A DNA stretch of 64,000 nucleotides from Candidatus Latescibacterota bacterium (GTDB taxonomy: Bacteria; Latescibacterota; UBA2968; UBA8231). Positions 9,457-18,819 of this stretch are shown here, one piece after another (position 1 is the stretch's first letter; every line of letters starts with the position of its first letter). The notes beneath the pieces were generated by a model. The model ran no database searches, was not told the DNA's origin, and saw only the letters and a list, made by a program, of their open reading frames with translations. The translations under genes and the position numbers were made by a program. The stretch is taken from contig OZ242318.1 in NCBI GenBank assembly GCA_965208105.1, positions 2,400,001 through 2,464,000 of the forward strand, written 5' to 3'.

Positions 9457-11289
9457 ATGCGAATGCCGCACTCGTTACTTTCCGCTTCGAGTATAATCTT
9501 CCTCTTGTCACTCGGCTGCAAGGACGCCTCCGACGAGTGGTCCCACGCCGCTGATGTGCACACGACCGGGCGAGCCGGCCCACCCTGGTTCGAAGAAGTG
9601 GCAAAGGAAAGAGGAATTGACTTCGTCTTCCGCTCCGGACACACCGAGCACTACTACATGCCTGAAATTATGGCCGGTGGTGCGGCACTGTTCGACATGG
9701 ACATGGACGGAGACCTCGATGCCTATCTGATTCAAGGAGGCCACCTGGACACCGGGGGCCTCCCCGGCCAGGGCAACCAGCTCTACCGCAATTCGGGCGA
9801 CGGCCGCTTCGAGAACGTCACCTCCGGAAGCGGCGCCGACGACCGCGGCTACGGGATGGGCGCCGCAACGGGAGACTACGACAATGACGGCGATACCGAT
9901 CTCTACGTGACCAACGTCGGCGCGGACGTCCTGCTTCGAAACGACGGCCGCGGACTCTTCACCGACGTCACCGCCGAATCCCGGTTGGGGAACGGGAGCT
10001 GGGGCGCAAGCGCCGCCTTTCTCGACTACGACAGGGACGGCGACCTCGATTTGTTCGTCACCAATTACGTCGGCTGGTCCAGGGCCATCGAACGAACCTG
10101 CGTCAACCCTCTGGGAGACCCGGACTACTGCCACCCCCTGGAATACGACGCTCCGACAACGGACGTGCTCTACCGAAACCAGGGCGACGGGACCTTTGCC
10201 GACGTGACCGTGAAGTCGGGATTGGCTTCGGCCAGGGGCAATGGCCTCGGGGTGGTTTGCGGCGACTTCGATGGCGATGGCTGGACCGACATCTTCGTGG
10301 CCAATGACAGCAACATGGACCATTTGTGGCTGAACAGGAGAGATGGCACTTTCGTCGACCATGCCCTGCTTCGAGGCTGTGCCCTGGACGAAACCGGCAA
10401 CGCCAAAGCAGGTATGGGCGTCAGTGCGGTCGATGTCGACGACAACGGCGCTCTCGACCTGCTGGTAGTCAATCTCCAGAGTGAGACGGATTCTTTCTTT
10501 CTCAACCAGGGAGACTATTTCACCGACGCCACCGCAGTCCTGGGGCTGGCCTGGGGCAGCGATGTATTCACCCGCTTCGGGGTCGGGATTCACGACTTCG
10601 ACAACGATGGGCTGCTCGACCTCTACGAGGTCAGCGGCGGGATCGTCAAAAGCAGTTCCGCGGCGCCCCATGCGGATCCCTTTGCCGAACCCAACCTGCT
10701 CTTTCGGGGCAAACCCGGTGTCCGGTTCGAGGAGGTCCTCCCCAGCGGAGGCACCTCCGATCTCCTGGTGGGGACCAGCCGCGGCGCGGCGTTCGGAGAC
10801 GTCGACAACGACGGTGGAATGGATGTCCTCGTGGTCAACCGCGACGCTCGGGCCTACCTGCTCCACAACATCGTCGCGGAGCGGGGAAACTGGCTGGCCT
10901 TCCTGGTTCTGGGCCCCCGAGACAGTCCCGCCTTGGGCGCCAGGGTCAGGTTTATGGTCGACGGCACCGAAAAGACGCGCGAAATCAGAACGGCCTACAG
11001 TTATCTCGCCGCCAACACCCCTCGCCTGCACGTGGGTCTGGGCGCCGCGGAGCGGGTGTCCGCCGTGGTGGTGCAGTGGACCGACGGGCGGAGCGAGCGA
11101 TTCGGCGACTTTGCCGCCAATCAGGTAGTCACCCTGCGACAAGGGGAGGGGCGCTCCGCTTCCACGAGCAACTCCCTTCCGGAATCCTCGAAGGGGATGA
11201 CCGGACCAGGTATATCTCCAACGGAAGACTCCGCACAACCGCCAGGGAGCCAGGCTGTCGGCGGGGAATTCCTGCCAACCTCCCCATAA
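9457..11289 (+). CDS. CRTAC1-family protein (FG-GAP repeats + ASPIC/UnbV domain), copy 1, probable lipoprotein
   Basis: Repeated GDYDNDGDTDLYV / DFDGDGWTDIFV motifs, C-terminal SYLAAN..RLHVGLG..VVVQW and a lipobox-like LGC. Confidence 0.88.
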   Translation: MRMPHSLLSASSIIFLLSLGCKDASDEWSHAADVHTTGRAGPPWFEEVAKERGIDFVFRSGHTEHYYMPEIMAGGAALFDMDMDGDLDAYLIQGGHLDTGGLPGQGNQLYRNSGDGRFENVTSGSGADDRGYGMGAATGDYDNDGDTDLYVTNVGADVLLRNDGRGLFTDVTAESRLGNGSWGASAAFLDYDRDGDLDLFVTNYVGWSRAIERTCVNPLGDPDYCHPLEYDAPTTDVLYRNQGDGTFADVTVKSGLASARGNGLGVVCGDFDGDGWTDIFVANDSNMDHLWLNRRDGTFVDHALLRGCALDETGNAKAGMGVSAVDVDDNGALDLLVVNLQSETDSFFLNQGDYFTDATAVLGLAWGSDVFTRFGVGIHDFDNDGLLDLYEVSGGIVKSSSAAPHADPFAEPNLLFRGKPGVRFEEVLPSGGTSDLLVGTSRGAAFGDVDNDGGMDVLVVNRDARAYLLHNIVAERGNWLAFLVLGPRDSPALGARVRFMVDGTEKTREIRTAYSYLAANTPRLHVGLGAAERVSAVVVQWTDGRSERFGDFAANQVVTLRQGEGRSASTSNSLPESSKGMTGPGISPTEDSAQPPGSQAVGGEFLPTSP

Positions 11290-11333
11290 CCTCGCCCTTT
11301 TCCACCTATCTCCCCAGGACGAGCTGCCCACAC

Positions 11334-12737
11334 ATGCGATTGGGGAAAAAATCCATTGCCCTGTTGATCGTGGCTGCCGCTGCCGTTGCAGTCGGGAGCT
11401 TGATGTTCGCACGGTCCCAGCCGTCCGCACATACCCTGCCTGAAGTGCTGGTAGGCAAGGACCCCGATCTCGTCGCCCTGGTTGAAAGGAACCTGGAAGC
11501 GATTTCGGCAGCTCCGGAGGACCCGCGCCTATGGATGGTCCTGGGCCATGTCTACGAGGCCAATGGTCTCCCCGCTCTTGCCGAGGGAAGTTACCGCAAG
11601 GCTCTTTCGATCGACCCTGACCATCCAAAGGGATGGTACCGTCTCGGGCGAATCCGGATGGCCCTGGGAAATCGGGATGGAGCTCTGGAAGCGATTGGGC
11701 GTGCAGCCGAGTTGGAGCCCAACCGTGCTCCGCTCCGCTGGCGTCTGGGCCTTTGGCAGCTGGATCAGGGACTCCTGGAACAGGCACGAGGATCCTTCGA
11801 GCGCTCCATTGCCCTGGACCCGGAGGACGCGGCCGGCTGGTGGGGCCTGGCGCGGGTCCATCTGCAGACCCATCGGCCCGAAATGGCCCTGGCGCTACTC
11901 GAGGACCTGGCGGAGAAGCGGCCCCGGGAAGCCTATACCCACCTGCTTCTGGGGACGGCCTACCGCAAGCTTGGCCGCTGGGAAGAGGCAAGAGCCGAAC
12001 TGGAAAGAGGGGCGGGAGGCGTTCCCGAGCTGCGCGACGGGTGGGACGAAGAACTGGAACGATACCGGACGGGATATCGGGTAGATGCCGCCGAAGCCAG
12101 CCGGCTCCTCGGGCTGGGGAGATTGGACGCGGCCATGAGAATATTGAAAAAACTGCAGAGTCGGCACCCGGACAACCTGGCTGTCCTCAACAACCTCGGC
12201 ACCGTCTATATGAAAATGAAGCGCCCGCGGATGGCGCTTGAACTGTTCGGCGAGGCGATGAAGAAATACCCGGAGAATATCCACCTCCATTTGAACATGG
12301 CAAACGCGTATGCCGGGTTGAATGACCAGACCCTGGCCCTCGAACACCTGGAACACGCGATTGCCCTGGACCCAAGAGTTGGAAAGGCCCATGAGAAGAA
12401 GGCCAAGATCCTGATGGCCACGGGCCGTCATCAGGCAGCAGCCGAGGCTTTCGAGCAGGCGCTCCGCTACGACTCCCACAATCCACAACTTCTCCTGTTG
12501 TCAGGTCTTGCCTGGTGCGAACTTGAAGAGTGGGTGAAGGGCCTGGCAATGTTCCAGCGGGCCGTGGAAATCGACTCAACCTATGCCCGGGCTTTCGTGG
12601 CGATTGGAGAAGCAAAGAGGAGGCTCGGAGAACTCGAAGAAGCCGAGACTGCTTTCAAACGCGCCGCCTTCCTGAATCCCCGGCTCAAACCAATCCTTGA
12701 GGACTTCCGGCAACTCGAAGCTCGAGGAGCGGAATAA
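11334..12737 (+). CDS. Tetratricopeptide repeat protein with N-terminal membrane anchor, copy 1
   Basis: N-terminal hydrophobic helix followed by many LG..Y...G....A...Y..AL..DP repeats. Confidence 0.88.
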   Translation: MRLGKKSIALLIVAAAAVAVGSLMFARSQPSAHTLPEVLVGKDPDLVALVERNLEAISAAPEDPRLWMVLGHVYEANGLPALAEGSYRKALSIDPDHPKGWYRLGRIRMALGNRDGALEAIGRAAELEPNRAPLRWRLGLWQLDQGLLEQARGSFERSIALDPEDAAGWWGLARVHLQTHRPEMALALLEDLAEKRPREAYTHLLLGTAYRKLGRWEEARAELERGAGGVPELRDGWDEELERYRTGYRVDAAEASRLLGLGRLDAAMRILKKLQSRHPDNLAVLNNLGTVYMKMKRPRMALELFGEAMKKYPENIHLHLNMANAYAGLNDQTLALEHLEHAIALDPRVGKAHEKKAKILMATGRHQAAAEAFEQALRYDSHNPQLLLLSGLAWCELEEWVKGLAMFQRAVEIDSTYARAFVAIGEAKRRLGELEEAETAFKRAAFLNPRLKPILEDFRQLEARGAE

Positions 12738-12767
12738 TCCCCGTGGCCGCCAGCCATCCGGGACCGG

Positions 12768-15704
12768 CTAAATGGACCGGCCGAACTCGGTGAACCCCAC
12801 CAGGGTGCGCACGAAGAACGACAGGGTGTCGAACTCCGCGAACCCGTAGGCATCGTGGTCGAACTTCATCCTGTCCTGCCCGAACCCTACGATCGTCACC
12901 AGATCGTAGCCGAAATAGCGCGACCGGTTGGTGAAGGTAACAAAGGCCGTGCGCTGCTCGAAGCTGCGCTGGCTCGAGACCTTGTCGATGCGCCTGTATG
13001 GCAGAGGGCCGATCCCCTGCACCCCCGCCCGCAGCGACGTGCGCGCCGAGAGCTGGTACTCCAGCCGCACTATGGGGATAGAGCGGAACTCCGATTGCAG
13101 CCGCAGGTCCCGGCCCCGGTCCACCAGGCGCAGGGCCATCAGCTTGTATTGCCAGATCAGCCGCACCTTGCGCCAATGCCTGCTGTACTGCGCCCGCCCC
13201 ACCCAGGTCCAGAAGTCCTGCCGCCTCGCGCTCTGATAGAAACCCTGGTTGAGCCGGCCTCCCCGCTGCCAGTTGAAGCGCATCCGGAATTTCTGCACTA
13301 CCTTCAACTCCTGCCAGGGATGGACGCGGCCTTCCAGATAGGTCTCGTTGACGAAACTGTCGCGATAGTAAAGCGGGTCCAGAACGAACCGGTACCTGAT
13401 GAAGGCCGGGATCCCGGTGCCAGGGAATTCTTCCCGGATGTAGAATGGACCGCGGCCGCCGAACAATGCATCCCGGGGGCCCGCATCCACGTCGTAGGTC
13501 ATGATCTCGTCGGGGATGTCATCCTCCACGCGGCGGAGATTGTTCTCCAGGAACAGACGTCGCACCCGGCCCGGTCCCTGCCAGCGCCAGCCCAGCAGTC
13601 CATAGGTCACGCGATTGCGCCCGCCCCCGGCCATCTCCTCGACGTCGTAGCGGCCCATTGAAAACGACCAGTGAGGGCTCAGAGACCACCGGCCGAAGAG
13701 GTGGTAGCCGCGCTCATCGTGATCATAGGGGTAGTCCACCTCGCGGTCGTCCTCGCGATGGTCCGGCTCGTTGTTGTGGTTGCGGTCCAGGCCGTAGGCG
13801 TAGGTGTTGGGATCCACGTCGAACATCAGAAAAGGCTCTTCATAGTCCGGCACCCGGTTGAGATTGCGGTTGGTATCCGGCGTCCCGTCCCCGTCCTCGT
13901 CCTGTCCCATCCACACCCCGTTGAAATCCGTGCCCACCCGGTCCACGGGCACGCCCACCGGGTTGCCGTAGCGAATGTCGGGATAGACGTCGCCGTCCTC
14001 GTTGTCGTCGACCAACTGCCAGTACATGGTATCGTTGAACACCAGATCCAGGTGCTGCAGCCAGACTCCCTCTCCGTGCAGGTAGTTGCGCATCTCGGTC
14101 TGGAAGCCGGGTTTGATGGCGAAGAGCTCGGCGCCCAACAGGCCGCGGCCGAAGCGGTGCACGGCGTTGACGAAATAGGCCGAGCCCCTGTCGACAAACC
14201 GGGGAGACGCATCGAAGGCGGGATCAATCCCCATCCTCGCAGGAAAGCGTGAATACACGCTCGATCGCGCGTATTCCCCCGCAATCTCCAACCCCGGCAG
14301 ACTCAGATGCAGGTCGGCGCCGTAGACGAAGTTGGCCGTGTTCTCCCCCACTTCGAAGCGCACCCGCTCCAGGTTGGACAGATCCCGCACGTTGCCCCGG
14401 GCCCGCAGGGCCGTCTGGTAGTAGGTGCTCGAGAAGCGATCGTGATAAGCTCCGGCGCTGCTGCTCTTCACGTACAACATGGCCACGTCCACCTGGTAGT
14501 CATTGCCCAGCAGAGCCTCCACTTCCACCGACCGCAGGCTGGTCTCACCCGTCATGTCGAAGAGAAATACCAGCTCGTCGTCCCCATCGGCGCGCAGCCT
14601 CTCGTGCGGCGATTCCACCTCGAAGGTCGAGACCAGGCCGTCTATGTCTGCCGACTTGCTGACGTCGATTCCGGCCTCGTGGTCGAGCCGAAAGAGGTAG
14701 TCCGAGAAATAGGGCAACTCGCGTTCCAGGTAGAATACCTCGTTGAAGGCAGCAGTGCCCCCGGAAGAGGAAGTGAAATGGGTGTAGTTAAGGCGGGTGA
14801 AGCCGCCCAGCGCCGAGGCGAACCCCACCTGGATGGCGGGATTGGAGCGGTGGCGGACCACCTGCGGGGTAAGGTCCGGCCGCGCCTCGCCGTCGATCAC
14901 CAGTCGCACATCCTGCACGACGGCGCCGCCCGTTCCGTCGGCCGGAGAGTCGTCGGTGAAGCGCACCAGGATCCAGTCCATCAGGGGCTGGTCCGGCTTG
15001 AGCCTGCCCTTGAGGCTGTTGCCCGAGGCCTGCGAGCTCCTGTAGATATGCTGGTTTACCCAGTTGACACCCAGAGCCAGGGCTCCCAGCTGCGCCTGTG
15101 CCCGGCTCCCCAGGAGCAGGGTCGAATCGTCGGCATAGTCGATCTTCTGGCGAAAGGTCTCCGTGACCCTGTTGTTCCGGTCCTTGGGGCGTTCCACCCT
15201 GGAGGCCAAGCCCGTCCACTTCCAAAGGGGGGTGGAAAAGTCGAAACGCAAGCCGTTGAAATTCACCTTCGACAGGGTCAGCGGGGTAAATCGCGCTATG
15301 ATCGCATCGCCCACCAGCAAATTGTAGCCCCAGTTTCCGTAGCCGTCGCGGCCCGCCACCAGGTAGTCGAAGGTCGAGTGCCAAGGCCCATCGTTGGCAT
15401 CCTTGAAGATGCTGCTGCCGAACTTCTGCCCCCGGGTGCGCAACTCCTGCCACTCGTAGAGATCGTAGCCGGTCATCAGGTAGTTGCCCATGAAATCGTA
15501 GCGGGATCTCGGCGTATCGGTGTAGGGAGTTGTGTGGTTGGGATAGTTGGTGAAATGCTTCAGCGCATAGTTGCGGTAGGCCGGCCCTTCCTGGCGCAGG
15601 AAGGGCCGGGACGACACCACCTCGGACAGCAGGCGCCGTTGCCCGTCCTCTGCTGCAACGCTGCCGGCCAATAGCAGCATCACAGGGATCCAAAGAGCAA
15701 TCAC
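12768..15704 (-). CDS. Large secreted / putative outer-membrane protein of unknown function, paralogue A
   Basis: ~980-aa ORF with a signal-like N-terminus, Asp-rich DxDxDG motifs and a beta-strand-rich C-terminus. Highly similar to 15787-18807. The start codon is uncertain. Confidence 0.8.
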   Translation of the reverse strand: MIALWIPVMLLLAGSVAAEDGQRRLLSEVVSSRPFLRQEGPAYRNYALKHFTNYPNHTTPYTDTPRSRYDFMGNYLMTGYDLYEWQELRTRGQKFGSSIFKDANDGPWHSTFDYLVAGRDGYGNWGYNLLVGDAIIARFTPLTLSKVNFNGLRFDFSTPLWKWTGLASRVERPKDRNNRVTETFRQKIDYADDSTLLLGSRAQAQLGALALGVNWVNQHIYRSSQASGNSLKGRLKPDQPLMDWILVRFTDDSPADGTGGAVVQDVRLVIDGEARPDLTPQVVRHRSNPAIQVGFASALGGFTRLNYTHFTSSSGGTAAFNEVFYLERELPYFSDYLFRLDHEAGIDVSKSADIDGLVSTFEVESPHERLRADGDDELVFLFDMTGETSLRSVEVEALLGNDYQVDVAMLYVKSSSAGAYHDRFSSTYYQTALRARGNVRDLSNLERVRFEVGENTANFVYGADLHLSLPGLEIAGEYARSSVYSRFPARMGIDPAFDASPRFVDRGSAYFVNAVHRFGRGLLGAELFAIKPGFQTEMRNYLHGEGVWLQHLDLVFNDTMYWQLVDDNEDGDVYPDIRYGNPVGVPVDRVGTDFNGVWMGQDEDGDGTPDTNRNLNRVPDYEEPFLMFDVDPNTYAYGLDRNHNNEPDHREDDREVDYPYDHDERGYHLFGRWSLSPHWSFSMGRYDVEEMAGGGRNRVTYGLLGWRWQGPGRVRRLFLENNLRRVEDDIPDEIMTYDVDAGPRDALFGGRGPFYIREEFPGTGIPAFIRYRFVLDPLYYRDSFVNETYLEGRVHPWQELKVVQKFRMRFNWQRGGRLNQGFYQSARRQDFWTWVGRAQYSRHWRKVRLIWQYKLMALRLVDRGRDLRLQSEFRSIPIVRLEYQLSARTSLRAGVQGIGPLPYRRIDKVSSQRSFEQRTAFVTFTNRSRYFGYDLVTIVGFGQDRMKFDHDAYGFAEFDTLSFFVRTLVGFTEFGRSI

Positions 15705-15786
15705 CGTTCGACCGCTCGGCGACCTGGTGATCGAAGCACTTGGGGTTCCACCTCCTGGGCCTTTCCCGGCCAGCGATCGGGCACCA

Positions 15787-18700
15787 CTATATCGGCCTGC
15801 CGAACTCGGTGAACCCAACCAGGGTGCGCACAAAGAACGACATGGTGTCGAATTCCGCGAAATCGTAAGCCTCGAGGTCGAACTTTATGGCGTCTTTGCT
15901 GATCCCGGCGATGGTCACCAGATCGTAGCCGAAATAGCGCGACCGGTTGATCAGGGTCACGAATGCCGTGCGCTGCTCGAAACTGCGCTGGCTCGAGACG
16001 TGGTCCTTGCGCCGATAAGGCAGGGGACCGATCCCCTGCAAACCCGCCCGCAGCGTCGTGCGCTCCAGAAGCGGGTACTCCAGCCGCACTATGGGGATCG
16101 AGCGGTACTCCGATTGCAGGCGCACGTCCCGCCCCCTGTCCACCAGGCGCAGGGCCATCAGCTTGTATTGCCAGGTGAGCTGCACCTGGCGCCAACGCCA
16201 GCTGTACTGCACCCGCCCCACCCAGGTCCAGAAGTCCTGCCGCCTCGCGCCCTGGTAGTATCCCTGGTTGAGCCGGCCTCCCTGCAGCCAGTTGAAGCGC
16301 CACCGGAACTTCTGCACCACCTCCAGCCGCGGCCAGGGATGGACGCGCCCTTCCAGGTAGGTCTCGTTGACGTAGCTGTCGCGATAGTAAAGCGGGTCGA
16401 GAACGAACCGGTACCTGATGAAGGCCGGGATCCCCGTGCCGGGGTCTGCTTCTCTTGTGTAGAATGGACCGCGGCCGCCGAAAAAGGCATCCCGGGGTCC
16501 AGCGTCGGGATCGTAGGTCATGATCTCGTCGGGGATATCGTCCTGCACGTGCCGGAGGCCGTTCTCCAGAAACAGACGCCGCCAGCGGCCCGTGCCCTGC
16601 CAGCGGTAGCCCAGCAGTCCATAGGTCACGCGGTTGCGCCCGCCCCCTGCAATTTCCTCCACGTCGTAGCGGCCCATTGAAAACGACAAGTGGGGGCTCA
16701 GGTTCCACTGGCTGAACAGGTGGAAACCGCGCTCATCGTGATCATAGGGGTAGTCCACCTCGCGGTCGTCCTCGCGATGGTCCGGCTCGTTGTTGTGGTT
16801 GCGGTCCAGACCATAGGCATAGGTGTTGGGCTCCACGTCGAACATCAGAAAGGGCTCTTCGTAGTCCGGCGTCCGGTTGAGATTGCGATTGGTGTCCGGC
16901 GTCCCGTCCCCGTCCTCGTCCTGTCCCATCCACACCCCGTTCAGATCCGTACCCACCCGGTCCACCGGCACCCCCACCGCGTTTCCGTAGCGGATGTCGG
17001 GATATACGTCGCCGTCCTCGTTGTCCTCCACCAGCTGCCAGTACATGGTGTTGTTGAGCGCAAGGTCCAGGTGACCGAGCCAGAGACTCGATGCGGTGTT
17101 CAGGTAGTTGCGCATCTCGGTCTGGAAACCTGGGTTGATGGCGAAGAACTCGCCGCCCACCAGGCCGCGTCCGAAGCGGTGCACGGCATTGACGAAGTAG
17201 GCCTTACCCCTGTCGACAAACCGAGGCGATGCATCGAAGGCGGGATCTTCCCCCATTCGCCCCGGATAGCGCGAATACACGCTCGAACGCGCGTATTCCC
17301 CCGTAATCTCCAACCCGGGAAGACTCAGATGCAGGTCGGCGCTGTAGACGAAGTTGGCCGTGTTCTCCCCCACTCCGAAGCGCACCCGCTCCAGGTTGGA
17401 CAGATCCTGCACGTTGCCAGGAGACCGCAGGGTCGTCTGGTAGTAGGTGCTCGAGAGGCGATCGTGATGGGCAGTGGCACCGGTGCTCTTCACGTACAGC
17501 ATGGCCACGTCCACCTGGTAGTCATTGCCCAGCAGGGCCTCCACTTCCACAGACTGCAGGCTGGTCTCGCCCGTCATGTCGAAGAGGAAAATCAGCTCGT
17601 CCTCGCCGTCGGCGCGCAGCCTATCGTGCGGAGATTCCACCTCAAAGGTCGAGACCAGGCCGTCGACATCGGCCGCCTTGCTGACGTCGATTCCGGCCTC
17701 GTGGTCGAGCCGAAAGAGGTAGTCCGAGAAATAGGGAAACTCGCGATTCTGATAGAATATCTCGTTGAAGGCTGGAGTGCCCCCGGAAGAAGCGGAGAAA
17801 CCCCTGTAGTTGAGAGGAGTGAAGCCGCCCAGCGCCGAGGCGAACCCCACCCGGATGGTGGGATTTGAGCGGTGGCGGACCACCCGCGGAGCCAGGTCCG
17901 GCCGCGCCTCACCGTCGATCACCAGTTGCACGCCCTGGACCACGGCCCCGCCCGTCCCGTCGGTCGGCGAGTCGTCGGTAAATCGCACCAGAATCCAATC
18001 CATCAGGGGCTGGCCGGGCTTGAGCCGGCCCTTGAGGCTGTTGCCCGAGGGCTGAGCGCTCCTGTAGACATGCTGGTTTACCCAGTTGAGACCCAGGGTC
18101 AGGGCGCCCAGGTGGGTCTGCGCCCGGCTTCCGAGGAGCAGGGTCGATTCGTCGGCAAAGTGGGTCTCCCTGCGGAAGGCTTCGGTGACGGCTCGAGTGA
18201 TATCCTTGGGTCGTTCAATCCTCGACATCAGGCCGGTGAACTGCAGGCGGGGCATACTCAGATCATAACGCGCGCCGTTGAAATTCACCTTCGACAGGGT
18301 CAGGGGGGTAAACCGGGCGATCACCGCATCGCCGACGATGAGATTGTAACCCCAATCTCCGTAGCCGTCGCGACCGATCACCAGGTAGTCGAAGGTCGAA
18401 TGCCACGGGCCCTCGTTGGAATCCTTGAAGATGCTGCTGCCGAACTTCTGCCCCACCGTGCGCAGCTCCTGCCACTCGTAGAGATCGTAGCCGGTCATCA
18501 AAAAATTGCCCATGAAATCGTAGCGGGATCTCGGTGTATCGGTGTAGGGAGTGGTGTGGTTGGGATAGTTGGCGAAATGCGTCAGCGCGTAGTTGCGGTA
18601 GATCTGTCCCTCCCAGCGCAGAAAGGGCTGTGCCGTGACCACCTCGGCCAGGATGCGCTTCTGCGACGAGTCCTCCTCAGCCCCGCTCGCGGCGAAAAGC

Positions 18701-18807
18701 AGGAGCACCGGACCCCAGAGGACTAAGACCGGCAGACATGGAACCCTGGCGGTGATATTCATCATTCCTGTGTGCCCCAAAAAGCATTTCTTGAGTCGTG
18801 ACCACAT
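15787..18807 (-). CDS. Large secreted / putative outer-membrane protein of unknown function, paralogue B
   Basis: 1006-aa ORF with a GAGGAGG RBS before the ATG at 18807 and a signal peptide; tandem paralogue of 12768-15704. Confidence 0.85.
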   Translation of the reverse strand: MWSRLKKCFLGHTGMMNITARVPCLPVLVLWGPVLLLFAASGAEEDSSQKRILAEVVTAQPFLRWEGQIYRNYALTHFANYPNHTTPYTDTPRSRYDFMGNFLMTGYDLYEWQELRTVGQKFGSSIFKDSNEGPWHSTFDYLVIGRDGYGDWGYNLIVGDAVIARFTPLTLSKVNFNGARYDLSMPRLQFTGLMSRIERPKDITRAVTEAFRRETHFADESTLLLGSRAQTHLGALTLGLNWVNQHVYRSAQPSGNSLKGRLKPGQPLMDWILVRFTDDSPTDGTGGAVVQGVQLVIDGEARPDLAPRVVRHRSNPTIRVGFASALGGFTPLNYRGFSASSGGTPAFNEIFYQNREFPYFSDYLFRLDHEAGIDVSKAADVDGLVSTFEVESPHDRLRADGEDELIFLFDMTGETSLQSVEVEALLGNDYQVDVAMLYVKSTGATAHHDRLSSTYYQTTLRSPGNVQDLSNLERVRFGVGENTANFVYSADLHLSLPGLEITGEYARSSVYSRYPGRMGEDPAFDASPRFVDRGKAYFVNAVHRFGRGLVGGEFFAINPGFQTEMRNYLNTASSLWLGHLDLALNNTMYWQLVEDNEDGDVYPDIRYGNAVGVPVDRVGTDLNGVWMGQDEDGDGTPDTNRNLNRTPDYEEPFLMFDVEPNTYAYGLDRNHNNEPDHREDDREVDYPYDHDERGFHLFSQWNLSPHLSFSMGRYDVEEIAGGGRNRVTYGLLGYRWQGTGRWRRLFLENGLRHVQDDIPDEIMTYDPDAGPRDAFFGGRGPFYTREADPGTGIPAFIRYRFVLDPLYYRDSYVNETYLEGRVHPWPRLEVVQKFRWRFNWLQGGRLNQGYYQGARRQDFWTWVGRVQYSWRWRQVQLTWQYKLMALRLVDRGRDVRLQSEYRSIPIVRLEYPLLERTTLRAGLQGIGPLPYRRKDHVSSQRSFEQRTAFVTLINRSRYFGYDLVTIAGISKDAIKFDLEAYDFAEFDTMSFFVRTLVGFTEFGRPI

Positions 18808-18819
18808 GGTGTCCCCTCC

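Noticed and set aside
9508-11991. 827-aa minus-strand ORF
   Set aside because: Antisense shadow of the CRTAC1/TPR genes.
12768-18807. Diversity-generating retroelement (TR/VR pair) as an explanation for the near-duplicate sequences
   Set aside because: No reverse transcriptase in the window, both copies are full-length genes, and the mismatches are not adenine-specific.
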